In this document: piece by piece, positions 48,080-58,471 of the stretch
Position numbering within the stretch: the stretch's first letter is position 1
Layout: each line of letters opens with the position of its first letter
Assembly (NCBI GenBank): GCA_028280165.1
Contig: JANQMI010000214.1
Span: 132-64,131, forward strand
DNA length: 64,000 nt
From: Oceanicaulis sp.
Lineage (GTDB): Bacteria; Pseudomonadota; Alphaproteobacteria; Caulobacterales; Maricaulaceae
Direction: 5' to 3'
Notes under the pieces: model-generated
The model's database searches: none
What the model saw: the letters and a program-made list of their open reading frames with translations, nothing else
What the model was told of the DNA's origin: nothing
Made by a program: the position numbers and the translations under genes

Positions 48080-48355
48080 GGGCCTGACGTGAAAAAACGC
48101 TTGGAAATGCACCACAGAAACGGCTAGTTTATCCGAGTCACGACTGCGGCGCTGACCGGGACAGGGGCTGCCCCGATATTTCGCTTCGCGATCGCAGCTG
48201 ACATTTTGGCCCTAACACTGTTGAGCTTAAGTCCGGGAGACCGGGTGTTTGGCTTAACCGAGCGGCAGGTCTGCGAGATGCAGATTCTATGCGCCGTCAG
48301 ACTTCGGACCCGAGCGACTTTCGCCTAGCTAAAAAACACAACTCAGGTTTTTTTC

Positions 48356-49021
48356 ATGAAGCGTCAACGTGGACGCGGGCGTAAGCCCGGCAACAACAAT
48401 AACCGTAATTTCGAGAGCAATGGCCCGGATGTGAAAATTCGTGGTAATGCCTCTCATATCTACGACAAATACATGCAGCTGGCGCGCGACGCGACATCGT
48501 CTGGCGATCGCGTGATGGCTGAAAACTATTATCAGCATGCCGAACACTATTTGCGCATCGTGCAAGCCAATCAGGCGGCCCAGCAACAAAAGCGCGAAGA
48601 GCAGGACGGCGACGATAATCGCGGGCAAAATCGGCGTCAGGACCAGGCTGAACGTTCAGATGAGCCCGGTTCGGCTGAAGCTGGCGAGGGCGGTGAAGGC
48701 GAAGGCCGCAGCCGCAACCGTCGGGGGCGGGGCCGCCGTCGCGAAGAAGAGGCACCCCAGCCGGTGGTCAGCGATGATCCGCTTCAGGTCGTCAATCCGG
48801 ACGCCAGAGATGACGCGCCAGTGGCCGCTGAAGGTGAGGCCGAGGCACCGCGCCGAGGCCGTGGTCGCCGCCGCAAGGACGAGGACGGGGAGGCCGAGGC
48901 GAATGGCGAAGCTAAACCGCGTCGCCGCACCCGCCGCGCGCCTGATCCAGATGCTGAAGCCGCGCTCAATGCTGTGGACGGCGAAGGCGGTGCGCCCTCA
49001 GAAGATGGCGCGGCGGCTTAA
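48356..49021 (+). CDS. DUF4167 domain-containing protein
   Basis: FESNGPDVKIRGNA...YDKYMQLARDA...GDRVMAENYYQHAEHY; Arg/Glu-rich low-complexity tail; usual position after prfA-prmC. Confidence 0.88.
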   Translation: MKRQRGRGRKPGNNNNRNFESNGPDVKIRGNASHIYDKYMQLARDATSSGDRVMAENYYQHAEHYLRIVQANQAAQQQKREEQDGDDNRGQNRRQDQAERSDEPGSAEAGEGGEGEGRSRNRRGRGRRREEEAPQPVVSDDPLQVVNPDARDDAPVAAEGEAEAPRRGRGRRRKDEDGEAEANGEAKPRRRTRRAPDPDAEAALNAVDGEGGAPSEDGAAA

Positions 49022-49154
49022 CTCGAGCGCATTCGAGCGCACGATCCGTGCCTTGATGCGCAGGGTGTCTGTGGAACTAAGGGGTGGGGTGGAACTCATC
49101 CAGCGCCCTGGCTGCCCGCAACCGACCAAGGCTTCGCTCTGAAACCTCATCGTT

Positions 49155-49391
49155 CTCTTCCCCGACGAAGGTCGGGGCCTAGAGCCATTGGGCGCTGAGC
49201 GTGTGATCCTCTGGGTCCCGACCTTCGTCGGGAAAGAGATAAGAGTTGGGATGAAGGCTGTGTGGGGCACCGGCGCTTTTCCCACTCTCAAATGCCCCAT
49301 CACCACCTCTTTCCCAAACTTGATTTGGGACCCAGGGTCATCAAACGCGGCCTTTGATGATCTCTGGATCCCGACTTTTGTCGGGAAAGAG
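49155..49391. repeat. Two CTCT-tagged 84-85-bp REP doublets
   Basis: 49155-49238 (reverse-complement homologue of 12187-12270) and 49307-49391. Confidence 0.85.
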
Positions 49392-49562
49392 ATGGAGGGC
49401 AGAAAAGGTAGGCTCGATCCTGCACCCTCAACTTAACCCGGAGCGTCGGTGATCGGGGTACAGGTGAAACGGCCCGAGCACGTCCCAAACTGTCATGGTC
49501 CGGCTTGGTTCCCCGGATAAACCGGCTGAAAACAAACTGAATTCTGAGTGAGCGGTAAGACG

Positions 49563-50201
49563 CTACCAGCGGGCCTGAACGCCGACACCGAAATAGTGTT
49601 CGTCTTCTTCCCAATCCTCGGTGCCGAGGCTGAATTTACGATTTTCTCGCACGTAGCCGAGCGAGGCATAGGCGTTGTCGTTAAGGGCAAACGCCACACC
49701 CAGATGGGCATCGCCAATGGTGGTCTCAGCGGTCACCGGCGCGACGGTGAACTCACGCAGACCTGCCGGGGCCACGGCATAGGTTTCGCGACCTGCGCCG
49801 CCGACCAACCACCACCGGCCCTGTTCGGTTTCAAAGGGAGCCGCGGTGATTTCAAGACCGACGGCTTCACCGCTCCAAGCCGGCCCTGAAGGTGCGCTGG
49901 CCCGAGTCGACACGCGCACGCCAGGTGGCGGGGTGAGTTGATCCTGGGATAGAGTCGCACGGGCAAAGCGGGTCGTCTGAGCCTCGCCGCTCAAGACCTG
50001 GGCGGCAACCGCTTGAGAGGGGGCTGATAACTCTAAATCTGCGAATTCGCTGGCATCAATCTGGGCGAGCGGTGCATCCATGACTGGCGGCTGATAGAAT
50101 CCTCGCTCATTGGAGTTCGCTCCGGGAACGAAGGCCGCAAACATAGCCGCCCCGGCTACCAGTGCCGCGAGTGAGATTTCTAGCTTGCGTGTCCCCGTCA
50201 T
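49563..50201 (-). CDS. Exported protein with C-terminal amphipathic beta-strands, putative outer-membrane protein
   Basis: Signal peptide; Pro/Ala linker; ends YFGVGVQARW. Confidence 0.65.
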   Translation of the reverse strand: MTGTRKLEISLAALVAGAAMFAAFVPGANSNERGFYQPPVMDAPLAQIDASEFADLELSAPSQAVAAQVLSGEAQTTRFARATLSQDQLTPPPGVRVSTRASAPSGPAWSGEAVGLEITAAPFETEQGRWWLVGGAGRETYAVAPAGLREFTVAPVTAETTIGDAHLGVAFALNDNAYASLGYVRENRKFSLGTEDWEEDEHYFGVGVQARW

Positions 50202-50264
50202 CGCACCGCGCCTTAACCGGGCCCCCCGCCCGTTTGTGTGCGCGTATTAAGCTATTGGTTACAT

Positions 50265-50279
50265 TTGAAATCAAGTTAA
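50265..50279. promoter_or_regulatory. Near-consensus CtrA box TTGA-N7-TTAA
   Basis: ttga aatcaag ttaa, about 65 bp upstream of the 50201 start, with extra TTAA half-sites nearby. Confidence 0.45.
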
Positions 50280-50472
50280 ATGCGCGCCCTGCGACAACCC
50301 GGATCAGGTTGTCGCCTGAAAAGCACATTTGGCGCGCTACTCCCCCTCCTACGGGCGAGCAGCGTACGTGCTGGATGATTTCCGCCCCGCCCGTCCGCTA
50401 CGCGGCTGTTCGCTCGCCTTGCGACCGCATTGTCAATCACGGGCAGGCAGGGCAATCACTGGAGTGCGGGCT

Positions 50473-50892
50473 CTAATGCGCCGCGCGACGCATTTGGCCT
50501 GCGATTTCATCCATTTCGGCCTGCTCGGCTGCGCGCACTGAGTCTTGAATACGCGCCAGGCGGCGCTCTTCAAGCAGCTCGTACTTCTTCAGCTCCGCAA
50601 AGGCATCTTCCAATCGCACACGAAGGGCATCGGCTTGCCCTGCCACTTCATCAAGCGAGGCGCGCAGGTTTTCTTTGCGCTGGATCACCGACCGGGCATA
50701 GCTGCCATAGGCCAGATAGCCATCTTTATCCTCGGCCGCGACGGCCTGTTCTTCAGGCACGCTTTGTTCAAGCCGCGCAATTTGGCCGCCGATCGAAGCG
50801 CGGGCGCGCTCAATCTCAGCCATCTGTTTTTGAAGTTCTTCGACCTTGAACCGCGCAAGTCGGATCAAGGGCGCATGAGACCTGTTAGCCAT
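50473..50892 (-). CDS. fliJ: Flagellar export protein FliJ
   Basis: Coiled-coil protein directly after fliI; AFAELKKYELLEERR...EQAEMDE. Confidence 0.88.
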   Translation of the reverse strand: MANRSHAPLIRLARFKVEELQKQMAEIERARASIGGQIARLEQSVPEEQAVAAEDKDGYLAYGSYARSVIQRKENLRASLDEVAGQADALRVRLEDAFAELKKYELLEERRLARIQDSVRAAEQAEMDEIAGQMRRAAH

Positions 50893-50904
50893 GGTCTACC
50901 CCTT

Positions 50905-52218
50905 TCACTCTCCACCCAAAATTCCAGCCAGGTCTGCGAAGCTCTGCTCGATTGAGCCGGCATCGTCTTTTCCCTGACCTAGGAATTGTTCCAGCGGCTC
51001 ATTGACCGCTATCGCCCGGTCCACCTCCGGGTTTGTCCCCTGGGCATAAGCACCCAGGCGGATCAGTTCCTCCATATCGCCGTAGGTGGCGAGGAGGGCG
51101 CGCGCCTGCTTGGCCAAAGGCACCTCTTCGGGTGCGTAAACCTCTGGCGCAGTGCGCGAAATTGATTTCAAAACGTCGATTGCGGGGAAGCGACCTCGCT
51201 CGGCGATGGCGCGGCTCATCACCACATGTCCATCCAAGATACCGCGCACAGCATCCGCAATCGGTTCATTATGGTCGTCGCCGTCAACTAAGACGGTGAA
51301 CAAGCCGGTGATTGAGCCGCAGCCTTCCGGTCCGGGCCCTGCGCGCTCTAGAAGCGCAGGCAATTCAGCAAAGACAGAGGGCGTATAGCCGCGCGTGGTT
51401 GGCGGTTCGCCGGCGGCCAGACCAATCTCGCGCTGAGCCAGCGCAAAGCGTGTGACCGAATCCATCAGACACAGAACATTCAAGCCCTGATCGCGGAAAT
51501 ACTCTGCCACAGTCAGCGTGGCGTAAGCGGCGCGGCGACGCGCCAGCGCCGGCGTATCACTGGTCTCGGTGATGACCACCGAGCGCGCACGACCATCCGC
51601 GCCCAGCGTGTCTTCGACAAATTCGCGTGCCTCACGTCCGCGTTCGCCAATCAGGCCAATGACGATGATATCGGCTTGGGCCCCGCGGGCGAGCATCGAC
51701 ATCAGGACCGATTTGCCCACGCCCGAGCCGGCAAAAATGCCCAGGCGCTGGCCTCGCCGCATAGGTGCGAAGACATTCAGAGCCTTGACGCCGAGGTCCA
51801 TGCGTTCACCCAAGCGCTGGCGGGAATGGGCGCAGGGCGCGCGGCCTTTCAGCGGGTAGGTCTGTTCGCCTTCTGGCAAAGCCCCACCGCCATCGCGGGG
51901 GCGGGCAAAGCTGTCCATGACCCGACCGAGCCAGGCGTGGCAGGGGCGCAAGACCGAGCCTTCTGGATCAATGTGGGCTTTGGCACCCGGGCGGACGCCC
52001 GAGAGATCGCCATAGGCCATCATCAGTGCGGTATCTCCGCGAAAGCCGACGATTTCCAGATCGGATGCGTCAGACCCTGCCGAAAGGCGGGCACTTGCGC
52101 CAAGCGTCAACGCCGATTTCGGGCCCTGAGCTTCAACGAGCAGGCCGTTAATCGCGCTAATGCGCCCCGTATAGCTGAGGGCTGGCGTTGCCGAGACCCG
52201 TTCAATCAGCCTGTCCAC
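50905..52218 (-). CDS. fliI: Flagellar protein export ATPase FliI
   Basis: [46 protein letters not shown]; GTG start chosen at 52218. Confidence 0.95.
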   Translation of the reverse strand: MDRLIERVSATPALSYTGRISAINGLLVEAQGPKSALTLGASARLSAGSDASDLEIVGFRGDTALMMAYGDLSGVRPGAKAHIDPEGSVLRPCHAWLGRVMDSFARPRDGGGALPEGEQTYPLKGRAPCAHSRQRLGERMDLGVKALNVFAPMRRGQRLGIFAGSGVGKSVLMSMLARGAQADIIVIGLIGERGREAREFVEDTLGADGRARSVVITETSDTPALARRRAAYATLTVAEYFRDQGLNVLCLMDSVTRFALAQREIGLAAGEPPTTRGYTPSVFAELPALLERAGPGPEGCGSITGLFTVLVDGDDHNEPIADAVRGILDGHVVMSRAIAERGRFPAIDVLKSISRTAPEVYAPEEVPLAKQARALLATYGDMEELIRLGAYAQGTNPEVDRAIAVNEPLEQFLGQGKDDAGSIEQSFADLAGILGGE

Positions 52219-52303
52219 CGCAATTCTCGCGTTGCTACGGCGTCTTTTTGCGCCGTGTTGAGGCGCGTTATGCGCCAAGAGAATCACACAGTAACCGAAC
52301 GCG

Positions 52304-52319
52304 GTTGAGACCCGGTAAA
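52304..52319 (-). promoter_or_regulatory. CtrA-box-like site upstream of fliI
   Basis: Minus strand TTTA-ccgggtc-TCAAC against TTAA-N7-TTAAC (two mismatches). Confidence 0.4.
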
Positions 52320-52607
52320 CGCGGTGAAATTACCCTACCTGGCAGTCAGATTTATGGACCTGACGCCTTAATTTTGGCAGCCAGCTGTGGCCAAGCCCTG
52401 GTTAATCGCCTATTTCAAACCGGTAGCCCCGCTCCGCTGCTGACCCGGTCGGACCGCTCGAGGCCACACCGACGCGTGCCCCGCTTTATGGGCATCTGAA
52501 TCGATAGCGGACAGACGCGCGCATTCCTGCTGCTAAGCGTGTGTTCGAACTGAATTAACACTGGCGCCGACATTGCCGCCGACCGATGAGGCCGACGAGA
52601 AACCGCT

Positions 52608-54053
52608 ATGCCTTTTGATCATAAGCCCGAACCGATTGCCATTTCTCGCCCGAAGGAAAAAGCGCGAACCCGTCGCCACAAAGACAACCTGTACGGTCAG
52701 ATTTCCGAGACCAAGTTCAATCGCTATGTCGTCCACGACATCAAGCGCTATCGCAAATATGTCGAAGAAGGTGGAGCCGCCGTCTATTCTCAAGACGAGC
52801 TGGACGCGTTGGAGGCCTCTGGGATTTCTGATCGTCTGCCACCGCGTGCAACCGGCTACTATCTAGACTTGGCCAAGCGTTCGACGGCTGTTCGCAACCT
52901 GATCAAGGCGCGCCCAGAGGAGATGGAAGACCTCTCCGGTGAAAAGGACCCGTCTAACCAGCTGCGCTACAGCCCAGTTCCGGGCCTACTGCACAAATAT
53001 GAGCTTTGCTTGATTTATGTGGTGCGCACTTGCTCCAGCTGGTGCCGCTATTGCTATCGCTCCGATTTCCTGACCGGCAAGACGGAGAAGGACACCGCCT
53101 CTATCCACGAGATCACTGACTATATCCAAAGCCACAACGCTAAAGTGGGAGCCGGTGAGATCACAGATAAGCCGCGCATTCGCGAAGCGCTATTGTCCGG
53201 CGGTGATCCGATGGTGCTCTCAAACCGCAATCTGTTTGATTATCTCAACGCGCTGGCCGAAGCCGGTCTGGAGATCATCCGGATTGGGACCAAGGAAATG
53301 GCCTTTTTCCCGGAACGCTTCGACGACAACTTCTTTGAGATGCTCGACCTGTTCCATGAACTACACCCGCACGTGCTGGTGGCCTTCATGGTGCATTTCA
53401 CCCATCCAGACGAGGTCTTGCACGTGACCGAGGGCGGCGAGTGGGTGCGCGACGAGCATGGCCGCTTTTTGCGCAATCGATTGGTCGAAAGCGCTGCACA
53501 GCGCCTGCGCTCGCGAGCCTTCGTGACGCTGGAAAACCAGACCCCGATCATCGATTCCGTCAATGACAATGCCGACGTCCTGCGCATCCTGCAGCAAGAG
53601 CTGAAACGCATGGGCGTGAATAATCATTATTATTTCCAGTGCCGTGAGATCGAGGGCTTCCGCGCCTTCGCCGTTCCGGTGGAGACCGCCTGGAAAATCC
53701 ACGCCGACAGCCAGCATGGCCTGTCCGGGATTGAGCGCTCGCGCTTCGCCTTGTCGACTGAGGCCGGCAAGATGGAATTGGTCAGCGTAATCGAGGGCGA
53801 TGAGCGTTTGGCCTCGATCGGTGGACCGTTGGGCGAAGCTTTGGCCGACGGACTGGTGATTTTCCGCCTGCACCGAACGCCATATGAGAACCGCCAGAGT
53901 GACCTGGTGATTGCCCGCCGCAATCCGGATGCGCTTTGGATCACCGGTTATGAAGATCGCATCCTCTATGATGGTCGTCGCGAGGACGCCCAGGACAAGT
54001 TCGGGCCGCTACTGGCGGCGCTGGGACCGGCGTTGCTCAACGCGGCGGAGTAA
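52608..54053 (+). CDS. KamA-family radical SAM/PLP aminomutase-like protein
   Basis: CSSWCRYCYR (CxxxCxxC), LLSGGDP, RIGTK, HFTHPDE, ENQTP, YYFQC, EAGK. Confidence 0.85.
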   Translation: MPFDHKPEPIAISRPKEKARTRRHKDNLYGQISETKFNRYVVHDIKRYRKYVEEGGAAVYSQDELDALEASGISDRLPPRATGYYLDLAKRSTAVRNLIKARPEEMEDLSGEKDPSNQLRYSPVPGLLHKYELCLIYVVRTCSSWCRYCYRSDFLTGKTEKDTASIHEITDYIQSHNAKVGAGEITDKPRIREALLSGGDPMVLSNRNLFDYLNALAEAGLEIIRIGTKEMAFFPERFDDNFFEMLDLFHELHPHVLVAFMVHFTHPDEVLHVTEGGEWVRDEHGRFLRNRLVESAAQRLRSRAFVTLENQTPIIDSVNDNADVLRILQQELKRMGVNNHYYFQCREIEGFRAFAVPVETAWKIHADSQHGLSGIERSRFALSTEAGKMELVSVIEGDERLASIGGPLGEALADGLVIFRLHRTPYENRQSDLVIARRNPDALWITGYEDRILYDGRREDAQDKFGPLLAALGPALLNAAE

Positions 54054-54136
54054 GCGCCTCCCCGTGAACAATATCAGAGCCCGCAGCGCAGGCTGCGGGC
54101 TTTTTGCTGCACCAAACGGACAGAATTTCTCTGGAC

Positions 54137-54370
54137 GAATCTGGGGATAAGTCAGGCGTCAATCCACAGCCTGTTTCTCGCCGAATGCATTTATTAATTT
54201 CGATGCAGTTTTGTTAACCCTCTGAGATTCAAGCCTCACAAGTGATTCTTCGTCCGCACGGACTCGATTCCACATGTGGAGTCAAACCCTCGTTAACCTC
54301 TCAGTTACGATTGTCGCCACACAGTGCGAATAAGGTTAACGCTAGGTGCAATCGAGGAGATGAACGATTC
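54137..54370 (+). promoter_or_regulatory. ctrA promoter region: GANTC (CcrM) cluster and GTTAAC half-sites
   Basis: GANTC at 54137, 54226, 54244, 54261, 54266, 54279, 54366; GTTAAC at 54213, 54292, 54335. Confidence 0.75.
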
Positions 54371-54401
54371 GTCTCACCGAACGCCTTGGAAGGGGGAACC
54401 G

Positions 54402-55097
54402 ATGCGGGTTCTGTTGATCGAAGACGATCGCGCGACAGCGCAGGGCATCGAGCTGATGCTCAAGTCCGAAGGCTTTAACGTCTACGTCACCGACTATGGT
54501 GAAGAAGGCGTCGATCTCGGCAAGCTCTATGACTACGACATCATCCTATTGGACCTGAACCTGCCGGATATGCCGGGCTTTGACGTGCTCAAGACCCTGC
54601 GTGTGGCCAAGGTCGATACGCCGATCCTGATCCTGTCAGGCAATGCCGACATCGATAACAAGGTTCGCGGTCTGGGCTCCGGCGCTGATGATTACATGAC
54701 CAAGCCCTTCCACAAGGAAGAGCTGATCGCACGCATCCACGCTGTGGTGCGCCGCTCCAAAGGTCACAGCCAGTCCATCATCAAGACCGGCGACATCGCG
54801 GTGAATCTCGACGCCAAGACCGTCGAAGTGAATTCCCAGCGTGTGCATCTGACTGGCAAGGAATACCAGATGCTGGAGCTGCTCTCGCTGCGCAAGGGCA
54901 CCACGCTGACCAAAGAAATGTTCCTCAACCACCTTTATGGCGGCATGGACGAGCCGGAGCTGAAGATTATCGACGTCTTCATCTGTAAGCTCCGCAAAAA
55001 GCTTTCTGCAGCCACCAATGGTGACAACCATATTGAAACCGTCTGGGGCCGCGGCTACGTGCTGCGCGATCCGGTTGAAGAGCAGAAGGCGTCCTAA
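54402..55097 (+). CDS. ctrA: Cell cycle master response regulator CtrA
   Basis: MRVLLIEDD...[25 protein letters not shown]...[24 protein letters not shown]...[11 protein letters not shown]. Confidence 0.98.
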   Translation: MRVLLIEDDRATAQGIELMLKSEGFNVYVTDYGEEGVDLGKLYDYDIILLDLNLPDMPGFDVLKTLRVAKVDTPILILSGNADIDNKVRGLGSGADDYMTKPFHKEELIARIHAVVRRSKGHSQSIIKTGDIAVNLDAKTVEVNSQRVHLTGKEYQMLELLSLRKGTTLTKEMFLNHLYGGMDEPELKIIDVFICKLRKKLSAATNGDNHIETVWGRGYVLRDPVEEQKAS

Positions 55098-55130
55098 CAG
55101 ACCCATTGCTCACCGCTGAACACAGAAACG

Positions 55131-55158
55131 CCCCGGCGCGCATCCGCCGGGGTTTTTT
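55131..55158 (+). terminator. Rho-independent terminator of ctrA
   Basis: ccccggcg / cgccgggg stem followed by tttttt. Confidence 0.85.
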
Positions 55159-55317
55159 GTTTGCGAATCTTGACGGGGCGAGAGGTGAGGGGCATGACCC
55201 TTTCGTTCCTAAGGAGGGCCCTGACGATGAAGCAGACTCGCTAGACCCATGCCGCGGCCGGTTTCGGCCTTTTGGTCCGCATGCCATGCGGACGCTGTCT
55301 AGATGCAGGATAGCTTC

Positions 55318-56127
55318 ATGAAATCACTGCAATCGAAAATCGCCCTTGTCACCGGTGCGGGGAGGGGGATTGGCGCAGCCATCGCCCGGGCCTTCGTTGA
55401 CGAGGGCGCGTTCGTTTTTGTGACCGACATCGACGCGAAGGGGGCCGAGATTGTGGCGAAGGATCTTGGCGACAGGGCCGAAGCGTTGACGCTGGATGTT
55501 CGAGATTCGGCCGCCTGGGCCAACGCCGAAGCCCTTGTTCGCGAACGTTTCGGCGGGTTGGACATTCTGGTCAATAATGCTGGAATTACAGGGTTTTTGG
55601 AAACGCCAGGCCCTCACGATCCGGAGCATTTCGATCTTGAAAGCTGGCGGACGGTGCAGGCGGTCAATGTGGAGGGCACGGCGCTGGGCTGTCAGTCGGC
55701 CATCCGCCTGATGAAGCACCGCCAGGCTGCGGCAATTATCAATCTGTCTTCGCGCTCTGGAGTCGTTGGGATCCCTGCGGCAGCGGCCTATGCAGCTTCG
55801 AAGGCGGCCATCCTCAATCACACGCGAAGCGTCGCGCTATATTGCGCCGAACAGGGCTATCCCATTCGCTGCAACGCCATTTTGCCCGCCGCCATTATGA
55901 CACCGATGTGGGACGGTATGCTGGGGACCCGTGAAGCGCGCAAAGCGGCCATCGCCGGTGTTGAAGCAGGCATTCCCATGGGCCGGTTTGGTCGTGCTGA
56001 CGAAGTGGCTGATGTCGCGGTTTTCCTGGCGTGCGAAAAGTCCAGCTATATGACTGGCGGCGACATTCATTTGGATGGCGGCATTCTCGCCGGGGCTCAG
56101 GCGCGCCCGGAACGTGCAGAAAACTGA
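55318..56127 (+). CDS. SDR family oxidoreductase
   Basis: VTGAGRGIG, NNAG, NLSS, YAASK, RCNAILP. Confidence 0.9.
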   Translation: MKSLQSKIALVTGAGRGIGAAIARAFVDEGAFVFVTDIDAKGAEIVAKDLGDRAEALTLDVRDSAAWANAEALVRERFGGLDILVNNAGITGFLETPGPHDPEHFDLESWRTVQAVNVEGTALGCQSAIRLMKHRQAAAIINLSSRSGVVGIPAAAAYAASKAAILNHTRSVALYCAEQGYPIRCNAILPAAIMTPMWDGMLGTREARKAAIAGVEAGIPMGRFGRADEVADVAVFLACEKSSYMTGGDIHLDGGILAGAQARPERAEN

Positions 56128-56204
56128 ACGATCTGCCTGTCTCAAGGGCTGCGCTGCCGTCACGCCTTCAAACATGGTAGCATGCCGGCATAGAGGAGGT
56201 TGCC

Positions 56205-56750
56205 ATGTCTCTCACGGTTGCGGCCCTCGCGCTCATGCTGTCTTCGCACACTCAACCGGCTCTGGTTCTGGGCGAGACCCCAGCCAGCGACTGCCTGGCG
56301 GCCGCGCGCTCGACGATTGTCATGCCCGATGATGTCGAAGCCTGTGAGCATGCCATTGAAAACTTGAGGCTTCCGCGTACCGATCGTGCGGCCAGCCTGG
56401 TCAATTACGGCATCGTGCTTCGAAAGCGCGGGCGTTCGGTTGATGCTGTTGCCGCCTATGACCGGGCCGTGGCCCTGACCCCAGACTTGGCTGAAGCCTA
56501 TCTCAACCGCAGTGCCGCCCTGGTCGAGCTGGGTCGCACTGAGGCTGCGCTCGCCGACATCGAACAGGCCCTGGCCCTCGGTCCGCTCATGCCCCATGTG
56601 GCTTATTATAACCGCTCTTTGATTTATGAGCTGCAGGACGAGCTGGCCCTGGCGTATCGCGACTTGCAACAGGCTGTTGCGCTGCAGCCGGATTACACCC
56701 CGGCCTTAACAGCGTTGGAGCGCTATCAGGTTGTTCGCGCAGGCGGTTAG
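56205..56750 (+). CDS. Exported tetratricopeptide-repeat protein
   Basis: Signal peptide; TPR units AYDRAVALTPDLAEAYLNR, DIEQALALGP...YYNR, DLQQAVALQPDY. Confidence 0.85.
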   Translation: MSLTVAALALMLSSHTQPALVLGETPASDCLAAARSTIVMPDDVEACEHAIENLRLPRTDRAASLVNYGIVLRKRGRSVDAVAAYDRAVALTPDLAEAYLNRSAALVELGRTEAALADIEQALALGPLMPHVAYYNRSLIYELQDELALAYRDLQQAVALQPDYTPALTALERYQVVRAGG

Positions 56751-58453
56751 TCCTCAGCGCGGAAAACGATGTCTCCATCGACCACGGTCATCACCGGACG
56801 CGCGTCGCGCAAGTCCAGATCCGGCACAGTCATCAGGTCTCGGTCGAAAACCGAAAAGTCCGCGATCTTGCCCACTTCAATTGTGCCCAGCTCATCCTCG
56901 CGGAAGCTGGCATGGGCGGGCCAGATCGTGAAGAGTTTCAACGCTGTTTCCCGGTCGAGTGCCTGATCGAGATTCCAGCCTTCACCTGCATAGCCATTGA
57001 GATCGCGGCGCACCGCAGTGGCATAGAATTCGATGCGGGCTTCTCCGCGCTCAACCGGGGCGTCCGAGCCGCCGGCAATCATCGCGCCGGTATCAATCAG
57101 CGTACGCCAGGCATAGGCACCGTCCAGGCGTTGCAGGCCAATCCGGGACGGTGCGAAGTGCAAATCCCCAATGGCGTGACTGGGTTGCATGGAAGCAATC
57201 ACATCCATTTCGCCAAAGCGTGGAATATCGACCGGGGCCAGGACCTGGGCATGTTCCACGCGCCAGCGCGGATCAGTGACCGTGCGGTCTGCCTCCGGGA
57301 CCGCCTCGAAGCTGGCTTCCATCCAATTGAGCAGGCGCTGATTTCCGGCATCGCCGATGGCGTGGACGGCCAGCTGCACCCCATCTGCCAGCGCCTGGCG
57401 CATCATCTCTTCAGAGCTCGGGCGGGTGGACAGGAAAAGCCCTGAATTGTCAGGCGCATCGTCATAGGGCGCGAGCAGGGCCGCTCCGCGCGAGCCCAGG
57501 GCACCATCCATGTAGAATTTCACCCCGCGAGCGATGACCCGGCCATCAGCTTCGATGCGCGGAGCTGCGGCGGCAACCGCGTCATAGTCTTCAGGGTTGG
57601 CGTAAACCATTGTTCGGATGGCGAAACGGCCTTCTTCGGCCAGCTCGGCCATCAGGTCCACATCGGCATAATTCACGCTCATATCATGGACCCCGGTCCA
57701 GCCGGACGCGGCCAGCACCTGAGCCCCTAACTCATAGAGATATTTGCGTTCTTCGCGTGTCGGATCGGGGCTTAGCGCGGCGAAGGGGGCCATGGCGGTG
57801 TCGATGATCATGCCGGTCGCCAGGCCATTTTCATCGCGGCGGATCGCACCGCCCTCTGGATCAGGCGTGTCATTGGTGATTCCGACCGCATTCATGGCGG
57901 CGGTATTGGCGACCAAGGCGTGACCATCGGCCCGGATCAGCACCACCGGACGGTCCGATTCCACGGCGTCGAGATCTGCTGCGGTTGGAAATCGGCCCTC
58001 TGGCCAATGGGTCTCAATCCAGCCGCGTCCGGAGATGATAGATGCGGTGGCGTCTTGCGCCGCGTTGGCGATGGAGGCCTGCAATTCGGTGATGGATGCG
58101 ACCCCTTCCAGATTGAGATTGCGTTCGCGAGACCCCACGCCGATGACATGGACATGGCTGTCGGTGAATCCGGGGAACATCGCCGCGCCCTGAAGGTCCA
58201 CCGTCTCGGTGTTCGCCCCGATAAAGGCGGCCGCGCCCGCTGCGTCCCCGACATAGACAATGCGCCCCTCATCGACCGCCACCAGCTCGGCCATCGCCAA
58301 TCCCTCAAGACCGGTATAGATCGGGCCCCCCGTGAAGATGCGGTCGGCAGGCGAGGGGGTCTGAGTGTCAGGGATTGCGGATTCGGGGGCTTCGCAGGCG
58401 GCGAGGACGACCATTGCAGTCACGCAGGTCGAAGCGGTCAGGATCAATCGCAT
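56747..58453 (-). CDS. Amidohydrolase family 3 (YtcJ-like) lipoprotein
   Basis: Lipobox LAAC; PGFTDSHVH, DGHA, KFYMDGALGSRGA, HAIGD, RVEHAQ, GGSDAP, GKIADF. Confidence 0.9.
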   Translation of the reverse strand: MRLILTASTCVTAMVVLAACEAPESAIPDTQTPSPADRIFTGGPIYTGLEGLAMAELVAVDEGRIVYVGDAAGAAAFIGANTETVDLQGAAMFPGFTDSHVHVIGVGSRERNLNLEGVASITELQASIANAAQDATASIISGRGWIETHWPEGRFPTAADLDAVESDRPVVLIRADGHALVANTAAMNAVGITNDTPDPEGGAIRRDENGLATGMIIDTAMAPFAALSPDPTREERKYLYELGAQVLAASGWTGVHDMSVNYADVDLMAELAEEGRFAIRTMVYANPEDYDAVAAAAPRIEADGRVIARGVKFYMDGALGSRGAALLAPYDDAPDNSGLFLSTRPSSEEMMRQALADGVQLAVHAIGDAGNQRLLNWMEASFEAVPEADRTVTDPRWRVEHAQVLAPVDIPRFGEMDVIASMQPSHAIGDLHFAPSRIGLQRLDGAYAWRTLIDTGAMIAGGSDAPVERGEARIEFYATAVRRDLNGYAGEGWNLDQALDRETALKLFTIWPAHASFREDELGTIEVGKIADFSVFDRDLMTVPDLDLRDARPVMTVVDGDIVFRAED

Positions 58454-58471
58454 GGGTCTCGTCCTTAAAGC

